Assembly (NCBI GenBank): GCA_041661405.1
Contig: JBAZUL010000008.1
Location: 3,640 to 67,639, forward strand
Reading direction: 5' to 3'
Length of the DNA: 64,000 nt
Source of the DNA: Patescibacteria group bacterium
GTDB taxonomy: Bacteria > Patescibacteriota > Patescibacteriia > Patescibacteriales > JBAZCA01
Shown here: in pieces, positions 45,106 to 56,357 of the stretch
Layout of the letters: every line of letters begins with the position of its first letter
How positions within the stretch are numbered: the stretch's first letter is position 1
Program-made: the position numbers and the translations under genes
The notes under the pieces: model-generated
Databases searched by the model: none
The model's input: the letters and a program-made list of their open reading frames with translations, nothing else
What the model was told of the DNA's origin: nothing

Positions 45106-45465
45106 ATGGCATCGGACAAAGATTTTGTTGAATTTATTGCCGAACAAATGAAAGAAGCCGGGCTTATCAGCTACCGAAAGATGTTCGGGGAATACGCGGT
45201 TTACTGCGGCGGAAAGGTCGTCGCCCTAGTCTGCGACAACCGGCTTTTCGTAAAGCCGACCAAAGGCGGAAGAGAATATATCGGCAAGGTTGTAGAAGCT
45301 CCGGCTTATCCCGGCGCGAAACCGAGTTTTCTAATTGAAGATAAATTTGAAGACCGGCAGTGGATTAGCGAGCTGATACGGATTACAGCCGAAGAGCTAC
45401 CGGCGCCGAAGCCGAAAAAAGCGCGGAAAAACCCGAAAAAATTAATGAGAAGAGCTCTTAAATAA
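45106..45465 (+). CDS. TfoX N-terminal domain protein
   Basis: FVEFIAEQM...YRKMFGEYAVYCGGKVVALVCDNRLFVKPT pattern of the TfoX_N family. Confidence 0.7.
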   Translation: MASDKDFVEFIAEQMKEAGLISYRKMFGEYAVYCGGKVVALVCDNRLFVKPTKGGREYIGKVVEAPAYPGAKPSFLIEDKFEDRQWISELIRITAEELPAPKPKKARKNPKKLMRRALK

Positions 45466-45466
45466 A

Positions 45467-46267
45467 ATGAAAAATAAGAAAAAAATTCTTTTGGTAAACG
45501 ACGACGGCTATCAATCGGCCGGATTCTATCCTCTCTATAAGGCTTTGGCCGGGGAATACGAGGTGACGGCCGTGGCTCCGGACGGGGAAAGAAGCTGGAT
45601 CGGAAAATCTATTTCCGCCCATGGGCCTTTGGAAGTGAAAAAAAGTAAACTGGGCGAATTCACGGTTTACGCCTGCTCGGGCACACCGGCTGATTGCGCC
45701 CAAATTGGGCTTCATGACATTCTCCGAAAACCGCCAGATTTGCTTGTATCGGGAATAAATGTCGGCCAGAATACCGGCCACGCCCGGATATTAAGCTCCG
45801 GCACCATCGGCGCGGCCATGGAAGCGGCTTTTGAAGGTGTTCGGTCGCTTTGCGCCTCTCTTTACGTTACCAGTGAGCACCGGCGAATCCACAATTTCTC
45901 CCGTAAAGACAGCCGAAAATATTTTGAAAACGCCGCGCAAATTACCCTGAAAATCGCGAAAATAATCATGAACCAAAAGTTCGGCAATGACCTGGACATA
46001 ATTTCAGTCAATATTCCTTTTGAAGCGACAGTCCACAGCGAATTTGAAGTTACCCGGCCGCACCGGGAACCGTACGGCAAGCTGTTCCATAAAAAAGGCA
46101 ATAAGTATATCTATAAAAGTCCGCTTACGGTTTTAAAATACGCCGAAAAAAACTCCGACTACAAAGCCCTGTCCGAAGGCCGGATTTCCATCACTCCGCT
46201 GAGTCTTGAACTTTCCTCGCGCGAATCTTTTCATGAGCTCGGGAGGATTATGGGGAAGAAGTGGTAA
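45467..46267 (+). CDS. surE: 5-prime/3-prime-nucleotidase SurE
   Basis: ILLVNDDGYQSAG, SGINVGQN and SGTIGAAMEA. Confidence 0.88.
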   Translation: MKNKKKILLVNDDGYQSAGFYPLYKALAGEYEVTAVAPDGERSWIGKSISAHGPLEVKKSKLGEFTVYACSGTPADCAQIGLHDILRKPPDLLVSGINVGQNTGHARILSSGTIGAAMEAAFEGVRSLCASLYVTSEHRRIHNFSRKDSRKYFENAAQITLKIAKIIMNQKFGNDLDIISVNIPFEATVHSEFEVTRPHREPYGKLFHKKGNKYIYKSPLTVLKYAEKNSDYKALSEGRISITPLSLELSSRESFHELGRIMGKKW

Positions 46268-46325
46268 AGCGGCAGAAATGGCCGGTTAATATAAGTTTAA
46301 CTATTAACTAAACTAAACTACGCTT

Positions 46326-46745
46326 ATGCTCTATCCCGCCATCATCGTCCTTTCAATAATCGGTTTTTTTATTTCCCGGCATATTTACCGCGCGAAAAAA
46401 ACCGGCGTAAAGCTGGTCTGCCATTTCGGGGCGGGGAAGCAGAGTTGCAATGAAGTAGTTGAAAGCGAATACGGAAAAACGTTCGGCATCCCGAACGAGG
46501 TTGTCGGCATGGTTTATTATTTGGCAGTCATGATTGTTGCCGCTCTTTTTTTGATTTTTCCGGTATTGGCATACGAAGTCGCGAAAACAGGATTTTTCGC
46601 CGTTTCCGCCCTCGCTTTCGCGCTTTCAGCCTATTTAACTGGCATCCAGGCTTTTGTCTTAAAAAAATTCTGCGAATGGTGCCTCGCCACCGCGCTTGTT
46701 AACACCCTTATATTCGCCCTGACGGCTTTCGCGTTCTATTTTTAA
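46326..46745 (+). CDS. Vitamin K epoxide reductase (VKOR) family membrane protein
   Basis: Four TM helices, a loop Cys (QSCNEVVESEYG) and a CEWC redox motif in the last helix. Confidence 0.7.
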   Translation: MLYPAIIVLSIIGFFISRHIYRAKKTGVKLVCHFGAGKQSCNEVVESEYGKTFGIPNEVVGMVYYLAVMIVAALFLIFPVLAYEVAKTGFFAVSALAFALSAYLTGIQAFVLKKFCEWCLATALVNTLIFALTAFAFYF

Positions 46746-46865
46746 CGCCATTCCTGAACCGTTGATTTCTCCAATATTTTAAGCTAAAATATACACATAC
46801 CAAGCGACGAATCAAGTTGGCTATCCGGCCTCATTTTTATTACCGCGAACTCGCAGCGCAAAAGT

Positions 46866-47780
46866 ATGGACGGAGAAAAATTCCATAAAGAACTTTTAGA
46901 CCACATAGAACTTTTAGAAAAACATTTCCCAGGCATTGGAATTTGCTGTTTTGGCATGTCTCTGGATGACGCTATTGGAATTTTTAATACGACGTCCATT
47001 CCGATGCAGTTTAAGCCCAAGTCAATCGCCGACATGCGCAAAATTTTCTCCGGCGTGAAAAACAACAGCGATCGGGCGAGCATCCATCTCCCGAATCTGC
47101 GCTTTGACGAAAGAGGCGATCTTTTACGGAAAGATGAACTGCTTTTGATGCTTTGCGAAAAAACTCCGCCCGGCCTGGAAATTATTACAATCCATCTCGG
47201 CTGGAAGGATGTTGACGCGGTTTTAGACGCTGATTGGAATTGGAAAAATACCGAACTGGCCGTTAAAGTAAAAAACGAACTGTCGGATGTCGTCGCGGCC
47301 GGCTTTCAATCGGGCAAAACCATGACTTTGGAAAATTTAAGGTATAAGCCTTGGAAGCATCAGTTCCGCGAACTTTTCAGCTCCCGGAGCGAACATCTTA
47401 TCGCCGCCCGAAAAACGCTTTGCGAATCCGTTGCCGAAAAAATTGGCCGGCCAGCTAAGGATATTATCAAAAAAACCGGCTTTACCCTGGACGCCGGACA
47501 CGCGTCAGGCAACGCCCACCTTAACGAAAAATATACTTTGGAGTTCTGGCTAAAGACCCTTGGCCGCGATATAAAAGTCATCCATCTCCATGATATGCGG
47601 CCGGAAGAGGATGATGGCGCTAAAATTGAGCAGACCCATACGCCGATTGGCGAAGGAATTGTTGATTGGAAAAAATTTTTTAAAGCTAAAAACCAATATT
47701 GCCCGGACGCGCCGATGGTTATTGAGCTCCCGGAAGACGATACGATTAAGTCCATTGAGTATTTGCTTAACCTAAAATAA
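46866..47780 (+). CDS. Xylose isomerase-like TIM-barrel (sugar phosphate isomerase/epimerase family) protein
   Basis: Pattern ..ITIHLG.., ..LDAGHA.., ..VIHLHD.., ..VIELP.. of metal-binding barrel strands. The assignment is tentative. Confidence 0.5.
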   Translation: MDGEKFHKELLDHIELLEKHFPGIGICCFGMSLDDAIGIFNTTSIPMQFKPKSIADMRKIFSGVKNNSDRASIHLPNLRFDERGDLLRKDELLLMLCEKTPPGLEIITIHLGWKDVDAVLDADWNWKNTELAVKVKNELSDVVAAGFQSGKTMTLENLRYKPWKHQFRELFSSRSEHLIAARKTLCESVAEKIGRPAKDIIKKTGFTLDAGHASGNAHLNEKYTLEFWLKTLGRDIKVIHLHDMRPEEDDGAKIEQTHTPIGEGIVDWKKFFKAKNQYCPDAPMVIELPEDDTIKSIEYLLNLK

Positions 47781-47818
47781 CTTCGTGTCGGCTAAAAATA
47801 CTGTAAAAACAAAACTTT

Positions 47819-48571
47819 ATGAAAATTGACTTAACCGGAAAAAACATTTTAGTTACCGGCGCGAGCCGGGGGATAGGGAGGGCGATCGCGGAAACGCTCG
47901 CGGAATCCGGCGCGCGAGTAGCCGCGCATTATCATACCGGCGAAGCGGAAGCTAAAGCATTAGCCGAAAAAATCGGCAATGGCGCGAAAATTTTTAAAGC
48001 CGACTTGGCTTTAGCCGAGGAATGCGAAAACCTATTTTCGGAAGTCATAAAAGATTTCGGCTCCATTGACGTTCTGGTGAACAACGCCGGCACCATGGCC
48101 ATGGCTGGCATGGAAGAAGATGACTGGACAAAAAAATGGGACAAAACCATGGCCATAAATTTACGCTCAGCCGGTATTCTTTCCCGGCGCGTGGTTTTGC
48201 ATTTTAAAAAACAAGGCGGCGGCCGGATAATCAATATCGCTTCGCGGGCGGCTTTCCGCGGCGATACGCCCGAATTTTTAGCTTATGCCGCTTCCAAAGG
48301 CGGCATGGTATCGCTCTCTCGCTCAATCGCCCGCGATTTTGGCAAAGACGGCGTTAAATCTTTTATCATCGCTCCGGGCTGGGTGCGGACCGAAGCGACC
48401 AATGAATCCATTAAAGAATACGGCGAGGAGAATATAGTCGGCGATATCGCCCTGAATCGCCTTACCGAGCCCCGCGATATCGCGCCTTTAGTTGCGTTTC
48501 TCGCGAGCGGTTTAGCTGATCACGCGACAGGCGGAACCTTTGACGTTAACGCGGGAAGCTATGTGCATTAA
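47819..48571 (+). CDS. SDR family oxidoreductase (FabG-like)
   Basis: TGASRGIGRAIA cofactor motif, NNAG and the YAASKGG catalytic motif. Confidence 0.88.
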   Translation: MKIDLTGKNILVTGASRGIGRAIAETLAESGARVAAHYHTGEAEAKALAEKIGNGAKIFKADLALAEECENLFSEVIKDFGSIDVLVNNAGTMAMAGMEEDDWTKKWDKTMAINLRSAGILSRRVVLHFKKQGGGRIINIASRAAFRGDTPEFLAYAASKGGMVSLSRSIARDFGKDGVKSFIIAPGWVRTEATNESIKEYGEENIVGDIALNRLTEPRDIAPLVAFLASGLADHATGGTFDVNAGSYVH

Positions 48572-48604
48572 TATTAACAAGGCTAATTATTAACATACAA
48601 ATTT

Positions 48605-49036
48605 ATGTCAAGCGAAAATTCAATTGACCAAAATGCAAGTTCTTCGGTAACGAATCCGGAAAACGAATCGGAAATACCGGAAATTAATGAATATGACAGG
48701 GAAAATCCAAAGGCAAAATATACTACCGAAGAGTGGAATGATTTTATTAAAGTTATGGATGATTATAAAAAGATAATTTTAAAGATAATGCAGAAAAAAG
48801 ATATAAGCGGACAACCGGGGTGGCTTTGGTTTCAGGAACAGTTTATCGCTTTTTCCCAGAGAGCAAAGGAAAATGTGCCCGGTTGCGAAAGTTACGCGGG
48901 CTATCATATATTCGGCAGTTCACCAAGGCGTAGCGAATCTGTTTATCTTGATCTTCCCGGCGAATATTCGGCCATAACTTTTTTTGAAAATTTAGACAAA
49001 GAACTGGATGCGCTTGAAAAAGAAAAAACTGACTAA
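48605..49036 (+). CDS. Hypothetical protein
   Basis: 143-aa ORF whose stop abuts the next start (TAAATG). No family recognised. Confidence 0.5.
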   Translation: MSSENSIDQNASSSVTNPENESEIPEINEYDRENPKAKYTTEEWNDFIKVMDDYKKIILKIMQKKDISGQPGWLWFQEQFIAFSQRAKENVPGCESYAGYHIFGSSPRRSESVYLDLPGEYSAITFFENLDKELDALEKEKTD

Positions 49037-49783
49037 ATGCCGTACTCTAAGTTTCAAATCCAATCCCACCTCATTGCCTGCCGACGGCTGGATAAAATCA
49101 TAAAAGAAGTTTTTTTCTATCTTAAAAAGCATAAATCCTGCTCTGAATACGAAGTCCAGCAGTTCATATTGCAAAGGTTTGAGCATTACAGTTTAGAGAC
49201 TGACAAAGACCGGACGCCGATTGTCGCTTTTGGAAAAAATACGTCTAACGTCCATTACTATCCACCGGTAAAAAATTCAAAAAAACTAAAACCCGGTTCT
49301 CTGATCATGGTTGATATTTGGGCGAGGCTCAATAAAAAAGGCGCAGTTTTCGCCGATATAACCTGGATGGCGTTTTACGGAAAAAAGGTTCCGGCTGAAA
49401 TCATGAAAATTTTTAACCTGATACTGGAAGCGCGTGAAAGCGCACTAAAATACATCCGGGCAAGTCTGAAAAACAATAAACTGCCGGAAGGGCGTTTGAC
49501 TGACCTCGCGGCCAGGAATATTATCGCTCGCGACGGGCATGCCAAACGGTTTTTACATACCACCGGCCACAGCCTTGGTTTAAACCATCCGCACGGGAAT
49601 TACAAGGGTATAAGAACCGATAACCGCCGCCCGCTAAAAGCGAATGTGCCTTACACGATTGAACCCGGTGTGTACCTGAAAAATAAATTCGGCGTCCGAA
49701 GCGAAATGAATTTTTATATCACCCGGAGTCTAAAGCTGATTATTACAACTAAAAGGCAGGAAAATATGGTTTTACTCGGATAA
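49037..49783 (+). CDS. M24 family metallopeptidase catalytic domain protein
   Basis: Pita-bread ligand pattern: MVDIW (D), ADIT (D), HTTGHSLG (H), YTIEPGVY (E), RSEMN (E). It lacks the usual N-terminal domain. Confidence 0.7.
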   Translation: MPYSKFQIQSHLIACRRLDKIIKEVFFYLKKHKSCSEYEVQQFILQRFEHYSLETDKDRTPIVAFGKNTSNVHYYPPVKNSKKLKPGSLIMVDIWARLNKKGAVFADITWMAFYGKKVPAEIMKIFNLILEARESALKYIRASLKNNKLPEGRLTDLAARNIIARDGHAKRFLHTTGHSLGLNHPHGNYKGIRTDNRRPLKANVPYTIEPGVYLKNKFGVRSEMNFYITRSLKLIITTKRQENMVLLG

Positions 49784-49852
49784 TATTTTATGATATAATT
49801 ATAAATAATCGCCAATTAATTCAAATCCGCATTTGGATTATTTTTTAAAATT

Positions 49853-50887
49853 ATGGGAAACGCGAAAAAAACCAAAATCAATGTCGCTATTAACGGCTTT
49901 GGCCGCATCGGCCGGGCGGCTTTTAAAGCCATGATTGAGCGGCACCCGGAGATCAATATCGCCGCCATTAATAACCTTACCGACCCGAAAACAACAGCGC
50001 ACCTTTTTAAATATGACAGCTGTTATGGAACCTACCCGGAAGAAGTGAGTTTCACGGACAAAAGCCTCATTGTCGGAGGAAAGGAATTTTTGCTTTTAGC
50101 CGAGAAAGATCCAGCTAAACTTCCCTGGAAAGAATTGGAAATTGATATTGTCATTGAATCAACCGGTATCTTCCGCGATCTCGCCGGAGCGGGCGGGCAT
50201 ATTAAAGCCGGAGCGAAAAAAGTCATAATTTCCGCGCCAGCCAAAGATGAAGCGATAAAAAATATCGTTTTAGGCGTTAACCAGAAAGAACTGAAAAAAG
50301 AAGATGAAATAATTTCCATGGCTTCCTGCACTACTAATTGCCTTGCCCCGGTTACGGACGTGATAAAAAACAATTTTGGCATAAAAAAGGCCATCATGAC
50401 GACCATCCACGCCTATACGGCCGACCAGAATCTCGTAGACAATCCGCATAAGGATTTAAGGCGGGCGCGGGCGGCGGCTTTAAACATGATCCCGACAACG
50501 ACCGGCGCGGCTCGGGCAGTCGCCGCGGCCATCCCCGAGGTTAAAGGCAAATTTGACGGCATGGCGATCCGCGTTCCTACCCCGGTAGTTTCCATTTGCG
50601 ACGTGGTCTTTTTGATCGGAAAAGAAGCGACGGCCGAGGAAATAAACAGCGCCCTGAAAAAAGCCGCCAAAGAGCCGAAATACAAAGGTATTCTCGGAGT
50701 TACCGATGAACCGGTCGTCTCAACCGATTTGGCGCGCAATCCCCACAGCTCCATCGTTGACCTGTCTTTGACTAAAGTCGTTGACAACGACCTCGTAAAA
50801 ATAATTGCTTGGTATGATAATGAATGGGGTTATTCCTGCCGGCTCTCCGACCTTTGCGAGTACATTGCCGCGAATAACTTGATTTAA
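49853..50887 (+). CDS. gap: Type I glyceraldehyde-3-phosphate dehydrogenase
   Basis: INGFGRIGR, SCTTNCLAPV and WYDNEWGYS. Confidence 0.95.
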   Translation: MGNAKKTKINVAINGFGRIGRAAFKAMIERHPEINIAAINNLTDPKTTAHLFKYDSCYGTYPEEVSFTDKSLIVGGKEFLLLAEKDPAKLPWKELEIDIVIESTGIFRDLAGAGGHIKAGAKKVIISAPAKDEAIKNIVLGVNQKELKKEDEIISMASCTTNCLAPVTDVIKNNFGIKKAIMTTIHAYTADQNLVDNPHKDLRRARAAALNMIPTTTGAARAVAAAIPEVKGKFDGMAIRVPTPVVSICDVVFLIGKEATAEEINSALKKAAKEPKYKGILGVTDEPVVSTDLARNPHSSIVDLSLTKVVDNDLVKIIAWYDNEWGYSCRLSDLCEYIAANNLI

Positions 50888-50957
50888 TCTATTAGCGCAT
50901 GTGGCGCGTTTGAGCAATCTTTGTGATTTTGTCCCGAGCGATCGGGATTTGCCGAGT

Positions 50958-52070
50958 ATGGCTGACAACAATATTCTCTATAAAATAAAAAAAGCCGGCC
51001 TGATCGGCCGGGGAGGCGCCTGTTTTCCGGTTTGGAAGAAATGGACAGCGGTTAAAAACGCGATTGATGAAAGGCCGGAAAATGACCGCAAAAGTTGCGT
51101 AATTTGCAACGCGTCCGAAGGCGAACCGGACGTAAAAAAAGATTTTTACATCCTTAAAAACCATCCGGAAAAAGTAATCGCCGGCATGCTTCTTGCTCTC
51201 GCTTATCTCGGCGCGAAGAGAGGTTATCTCTATATCAATGCCAATTACTACCGGATTCTTAGGGCAAAGTTGGAAAAAGCCGCTGACGGCACGCCGGTGG
51301 AAATCCTCGTAAAACCGTCCGGCGCCGGCTATATTGGCGGCGAGGAAACTTCAATATTGAACGCTATTGAAGGCAAAAGAATAGAGCCGCGCCTTAAACC
51401 GCCTTTTCCTTTTAAAGCGGGTCTTTTCGGACTGCCGACGCTTTTAAATAACGTTGAAACATTCTATAACGTCGCTTTGGTAGAGGAAGGTTCTTACCGG
51501 CCCGACCGCTTTGTTACGATTATTGAGCAATCGCCCAAACCAACCTTTAAAGCCTTTGCCCGGCTGAGAAAAATAACCAAAAGGGAGGTTTTTTTATTTC
51601 CCGAAGACTGGACAATGGAAAAAATCCTGAAAAAATCCGGCCGCTTACCCTCGTACAAATTTTTTGTACAGCTGGGCGGGGGAGCGAGCGGAATGGTTTT
51701 AAATTCCAGCCAGCTTAAAAACCCGCTCGCCGGCTCCGGCTCAATCACTATTTACAACCTTGAAAACCACGATCCGATGGAACTGATAAGACAATGGATC
51801 GGTTTTTTTTACGGCGAATCCTGCGGAAAATGCGTGCCTTGCCGGGAAGGGACTTTCCGCGTCAAAGAACAGCTGGAAAAAAACGATGTTAACTGGCCGC
51901 TCGTTAAAGAGCTGCTGAATAACCTGGCTGAAACGTCTTTTTGCGGCCTCGGCTGTTCAGCGCCAATCGCCATAACCAGTTATTTTAAAAATGTCTTCCC
52001 CTTAATTTCCGATAAAAATAACGTACTGGCTTCAAGCCAATCAAAAACGGTTTGCGAATGTTTTTCGTAG
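50958..52070 (+). CDS. NuoF-like NADH-binding flavoprotein (hydrogenase HydB-type subunit, minimal form)
   Basis: GLIGRGGACFPVWKKW, CNASEGEPDVKKD, GGEETSILNAIEG, LLNNVETF and the N3 cluster motif GESCGKCVPCREG. I prefer ATG 50958; the tracked start is GTG 50901. Confidence 0.85.
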   Translation: MADNNILYKIKKAGLIGRGGACFPVWKKWTAVKNAIDERPENDRKSCVICNASEGEPDVKKDFYILKNHPEKVIAGMLLALAYLGAKRGYLYINANYYRILRAKLEKAADGTPVEILVKPSGAGYIGGEETSILNAIEGKRIEPRLKPPFPFKAGLFGLPTLLNNVETFYNVALVEEGSYRPDRFVTIIEQSPKPTFKAFARLRKITKREVFLFPEDWTMEKILKKSGRLPSYKFFVQLGGGASGMVLNSSQLKNPLAGSGSITIYNLENHDPMELIRQWIGFFYGESCGKCVPCREGTFRVKEQLEKNDVNWPLVKELLNNLAETSFCGLGCSAPIAITSYFKNVFPLISDKNNVLASSQSKTVCECFS

Positions 52071-52084
52071 AATTGTCTCTCGGT

Positions 52085-53875
<1,791 letters not shown>

Positions 53876-53938
53876 TAGTTTTGCGCAACAAGCAAATTAC
53901 CATACCAAATTCATCTAAATATTCTTAACATATACTCT

Positions 53939-54208
53939 ATGCCAAAAGAATACCTCGCCACCCTGAACATCCTCGTCAGCGACAGGGAAGTGAACGCTCC
54001 GGAAATAAACGACGTCATAACGAAATTCGGGCATTTAATCCGTGCTCGGCTCGGCATTCACCTCGGCCGTAAATGCGTTAAAAACTGTTCCGGACTCATT
54101 ACTTTGATAGTGGAAGGAGAAAAAAAAGAACTCTATAAATTCGCCCAAGGTTTTTCAAAATACAAATTCGCCGTGGTTAAGCTTGGTTTTATTTCAGAGG
54201 TTAAATAG
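53939..54208 (+). CDS. TM1266-like small ACT-fold protein (putative iron-only hydrogenase system regulator family)
   Basis: 89 aa. The pattern ..LNILVSDRE...VN.V...FG..I..R.G....K..SGLITLIVEG resembles my recollection of the TM1266 family. The gene lies directly downstream of hydA. Confidence 0.45.
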   Translation: MPKEYLATLNILVSDREVNAPEINDVITKFGHLIRARLGIHLGRKCVKNCSGLITLIVEGEKKELYKFAQGFSKYKFAVVKLGFISEVK

Positions 54209-54273
54209 ACGCGTGAACCGTCCGAATGAACCAGTAAACAAAATTTTTCACAATAATTTTTAATAATTAACTT

Positions 54274-54810
54274 ATGAACTACTTAAAAGAAACAGTTGCC
54301 GCCAAAGTTGACACCAAGGCTGCCGCGCAATTTATCGTTTTAGGCTCAATCGCGACGTTCCTGCCGTTTTTTATCCATGCCCAATTTTTAACCGGACCCG
54401 TAGTTAACGCTATTTTGATTCTCACCCTATTTCTGGTCGGCGTTCGAAGCGCGATAACGCTCGCGTTAATTCCGAGCCTCATGGCTTTGTCCGGTGGCTT
54501 GCTTCCGGCGGTTCTCGCTCCGGCCGTACCGTTTATTATGATCAGCAATTGTCTCTTGATTTTTACCATGGAATACCTGTACAAAAAATTTGAACAGGGT
54601 AAAAACGGATTTTGGATCGGCCTTGCCGCCGGCGCCGGACTGAAATGGATTTTTCTTCTTTCAACGACCGGCCTTATTTCAAAACTTTTATTAAAACAGG
54701 AACTGGCCGTTAAAGTCGCGCAGATGATGAGCTGGCCGCAGTTTGCAACGGCCCTAATCGGCGGAATAATCGCCTACGGGATTTTAAAACCGCTAAAAGC
54801 GGTAAAATAA
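54274..54810 (+). CDS. Hypothetical polytopic membrane protein
   Basis: 178 aa with about 5 TM helices. FLTGPVVNAILIL is reminiscent of ECF S-components, but the family is not securely recognised. Confidence 0.5.
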   Translation: MNYLKETVAAKVDTKAAAQFIVLGSIATFLPFFIHAQFLTGPVVNAILILTLFLVGVRSAITLALIPSLMALSGGLLPAVLAPAVPFIMISNCLLIFTMEYLYKKFEQGKNGFWIGLAAGAGLKWIFLLSTTGLISKLLLKQELAVKVAQMMSWPQFATALIGGIIAYGILKPLKAVK

Positions 54811-54827
54811 CCATAAATAAATTCAAA

Positions 54828-54860
54828 ACACCAAATTTTGCTTAAATTCGGTGTTTTTTT
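54828..54860 (+). terminator. Rho-independent terminator
   Basis: ACACCAAATT (54828-54837) pairs with AATTCGGTGT (54845-54854), 10 bp with one mismatch, followed by T6. Confidence 0.75.
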
Positions 54861-54887
54861 GACTTAAACCTGTAAGTTCTATATAAT
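54859..54887 (+). promoter_or_regulatory. Near-consensus promoter for cca (possibly leaderless mRNA)
   Basis: TTGACT (54859-54864), a 17-nt spacer, then TATAAT (54882-54887). The cca ATG begins at 54894, 7 nt after the -10 element. Confidence 0.6.
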
Positions 54888-54893
54888 TAACTC

Positions 54894-56336
54894 ATGAAAA
54901 TTCCTGAATACATCAAAAATATTTTAGCGAATCTGGAAAAGGCCGGATATGAGGCTTTTATTGTGGGCGGTTGCGCGCGGGATTTGCTTATGGGAAGAAT
55001 TCCGAAAGACTGGGATATAACGACTAACGCTAAGCCGGAGGAAACTTTAAAAGTTTTTTCCGAGGGAAAATATGAAAACGTATTTGGAACCGTACTGCTC
55101 CCGGTGAGAAACAGGGAAGAGGTGATTGACGTGGTAGAAATAACCACCTACCGGAGCGAACAGGGCTACTCTGACCGCCGTCATCCGGATGAGATCAGGT
55201 TTGAAGAAAAGCTGGACAAAGACCTGGAACGCCGCGATTTTACCATTAACGCGATGGCATTTAAAGTTAAAAGTGATGAGCATGAGATTATTGACCTCTT
55301 CGGCGGACAAAAAGATTTAAAGAAAAAAATTATCCGGGCGGTAGGGGAGCCGGTTGATCGCTTTAAGGAGGACGCTTTAAGGATGATGCGCGCCATCAGG
55401 TTTTCGTCTGAACTCAGATTTGAGATTGAGCCGAAAACCGAACGGGCGATCGCTAAGCTCGCCGGGTCTATAAAATTCGTTTCTAAAGAAAGGATCCGCG
55501 ACGAGCTGATCCGCGTATTGAGTTCGGATCGGGCTTATGACGGCGTCATGAAGCTCCATGAATTAAAACTTCTGCAATATATAATTCCCGAACTGGAAAA
55601 GGGGATTGGAGTGGCTCAGGATCGGCATCACATCCATACCGTGTTCAAACATTCAGTGCTGGCTCTTAAGTTCTGCCCTTCCAAAGACTGGCGCGTCCGG
55701 CTCGCTTCGCTTCTGCACGATATTGCCAAACCGGACACGAAAAGGATGGATAAAGGCCATGCCACCTTTTACAACCACGACATCCTTGGCGCTAAATACG
55801 CGAAAAAAATCGCCCAGAGGCTGAAATTTTCCGTCACTGATACGGAAAAAGTCGTTATCTTGGTAAAAAATCACATGTTTTACTATAATGTCGACGAAGT
55901 AACGGCCGCTTCGGTTCGGCGACTCATAAAAAAAGTCGGGGAAGAGAACCTGAAAGACTTGATTGACGTAAGGATAGCCGATCGGCTCGGGTCCGGCGTA
56001 CCCAAAGCCAAACCCTATAAGCTCCGGCATCTGGAATACATGATGGAAAAGGTGAGGAAAGACCCGCTTTCTGTAAAAATGCTAAAAATTGACGGAAATG
56101 ATATAATGCAAATGATGGGTACCCCGCCGGGCCCGAAAATCGGCGCGATTCTTGATGTCCTCTTGGCTGAAGTAATTGAAGATCCGGAATTGAACGCGAA
56201 GGACAAACTGGAAAAAAAAGCGAAAGAGCTTGACGGCTATAACCTGGAGGAGCTAAGGGAAAAAGCCAAAGAAAAAATTGACGAAAAAAAAGAGGAAGAA
56301 GACCAGGAATTGAAAAAAGAATTTTGGGTAAAATGA
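54894..56336 (+). CDS. cca: CCA tRNA nucleotidyltransferase with HD domain
   Basis: GGCARDLLMG, DWDITT, RRDFTINAMA and an HD region (LLHDIAKP), plus a Lys/Glu-rich C-terminal tail. Confidence 0.88.
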   Translation: MKIPEYIKNILANLEKAGYEAFIVGGCARDLLMGRIPKDWDITTNAKPEETLKVFSEGKYENVFGTVLLPVRNREEVIDVVEITTYRSEQGYSDRRHPDEIRFEEKLDKDLERRDFTINAMAFKVKSDEHEIIDLFGGQKDLKKKIIRAVGEPVDRFKEDALRMMRAIRFSSELRFEIEPKTERAIAKLAGSIKFVSKERIRDELIRVLSSDRAYDGVMKLHELKLLQYIIPELEKGIGVAQDRHHIHTVFKHSVLALKFCPSKDWRVRLASLLHDIAKPDTKRMDKGHATFYNHDILGAKYAKKIAQRLKFSVTDTEKVVILVKNHMFYYNVDEVTAASVRRLIKKVGEENLKDLIDVRIADRLGSGVPKAKPYKLRHLEYMMEKVRKDPLSVKMLKIDGNDIMQMMGTPPGPKIGAILDVLLAEVIEDPELNAKDKLEKKAKELDGYNLEELREKAKEKIDEKKEEEDQELKKEFWVK

Positions 56337-56357
56337 TTTACAAATTAATTAATAATT

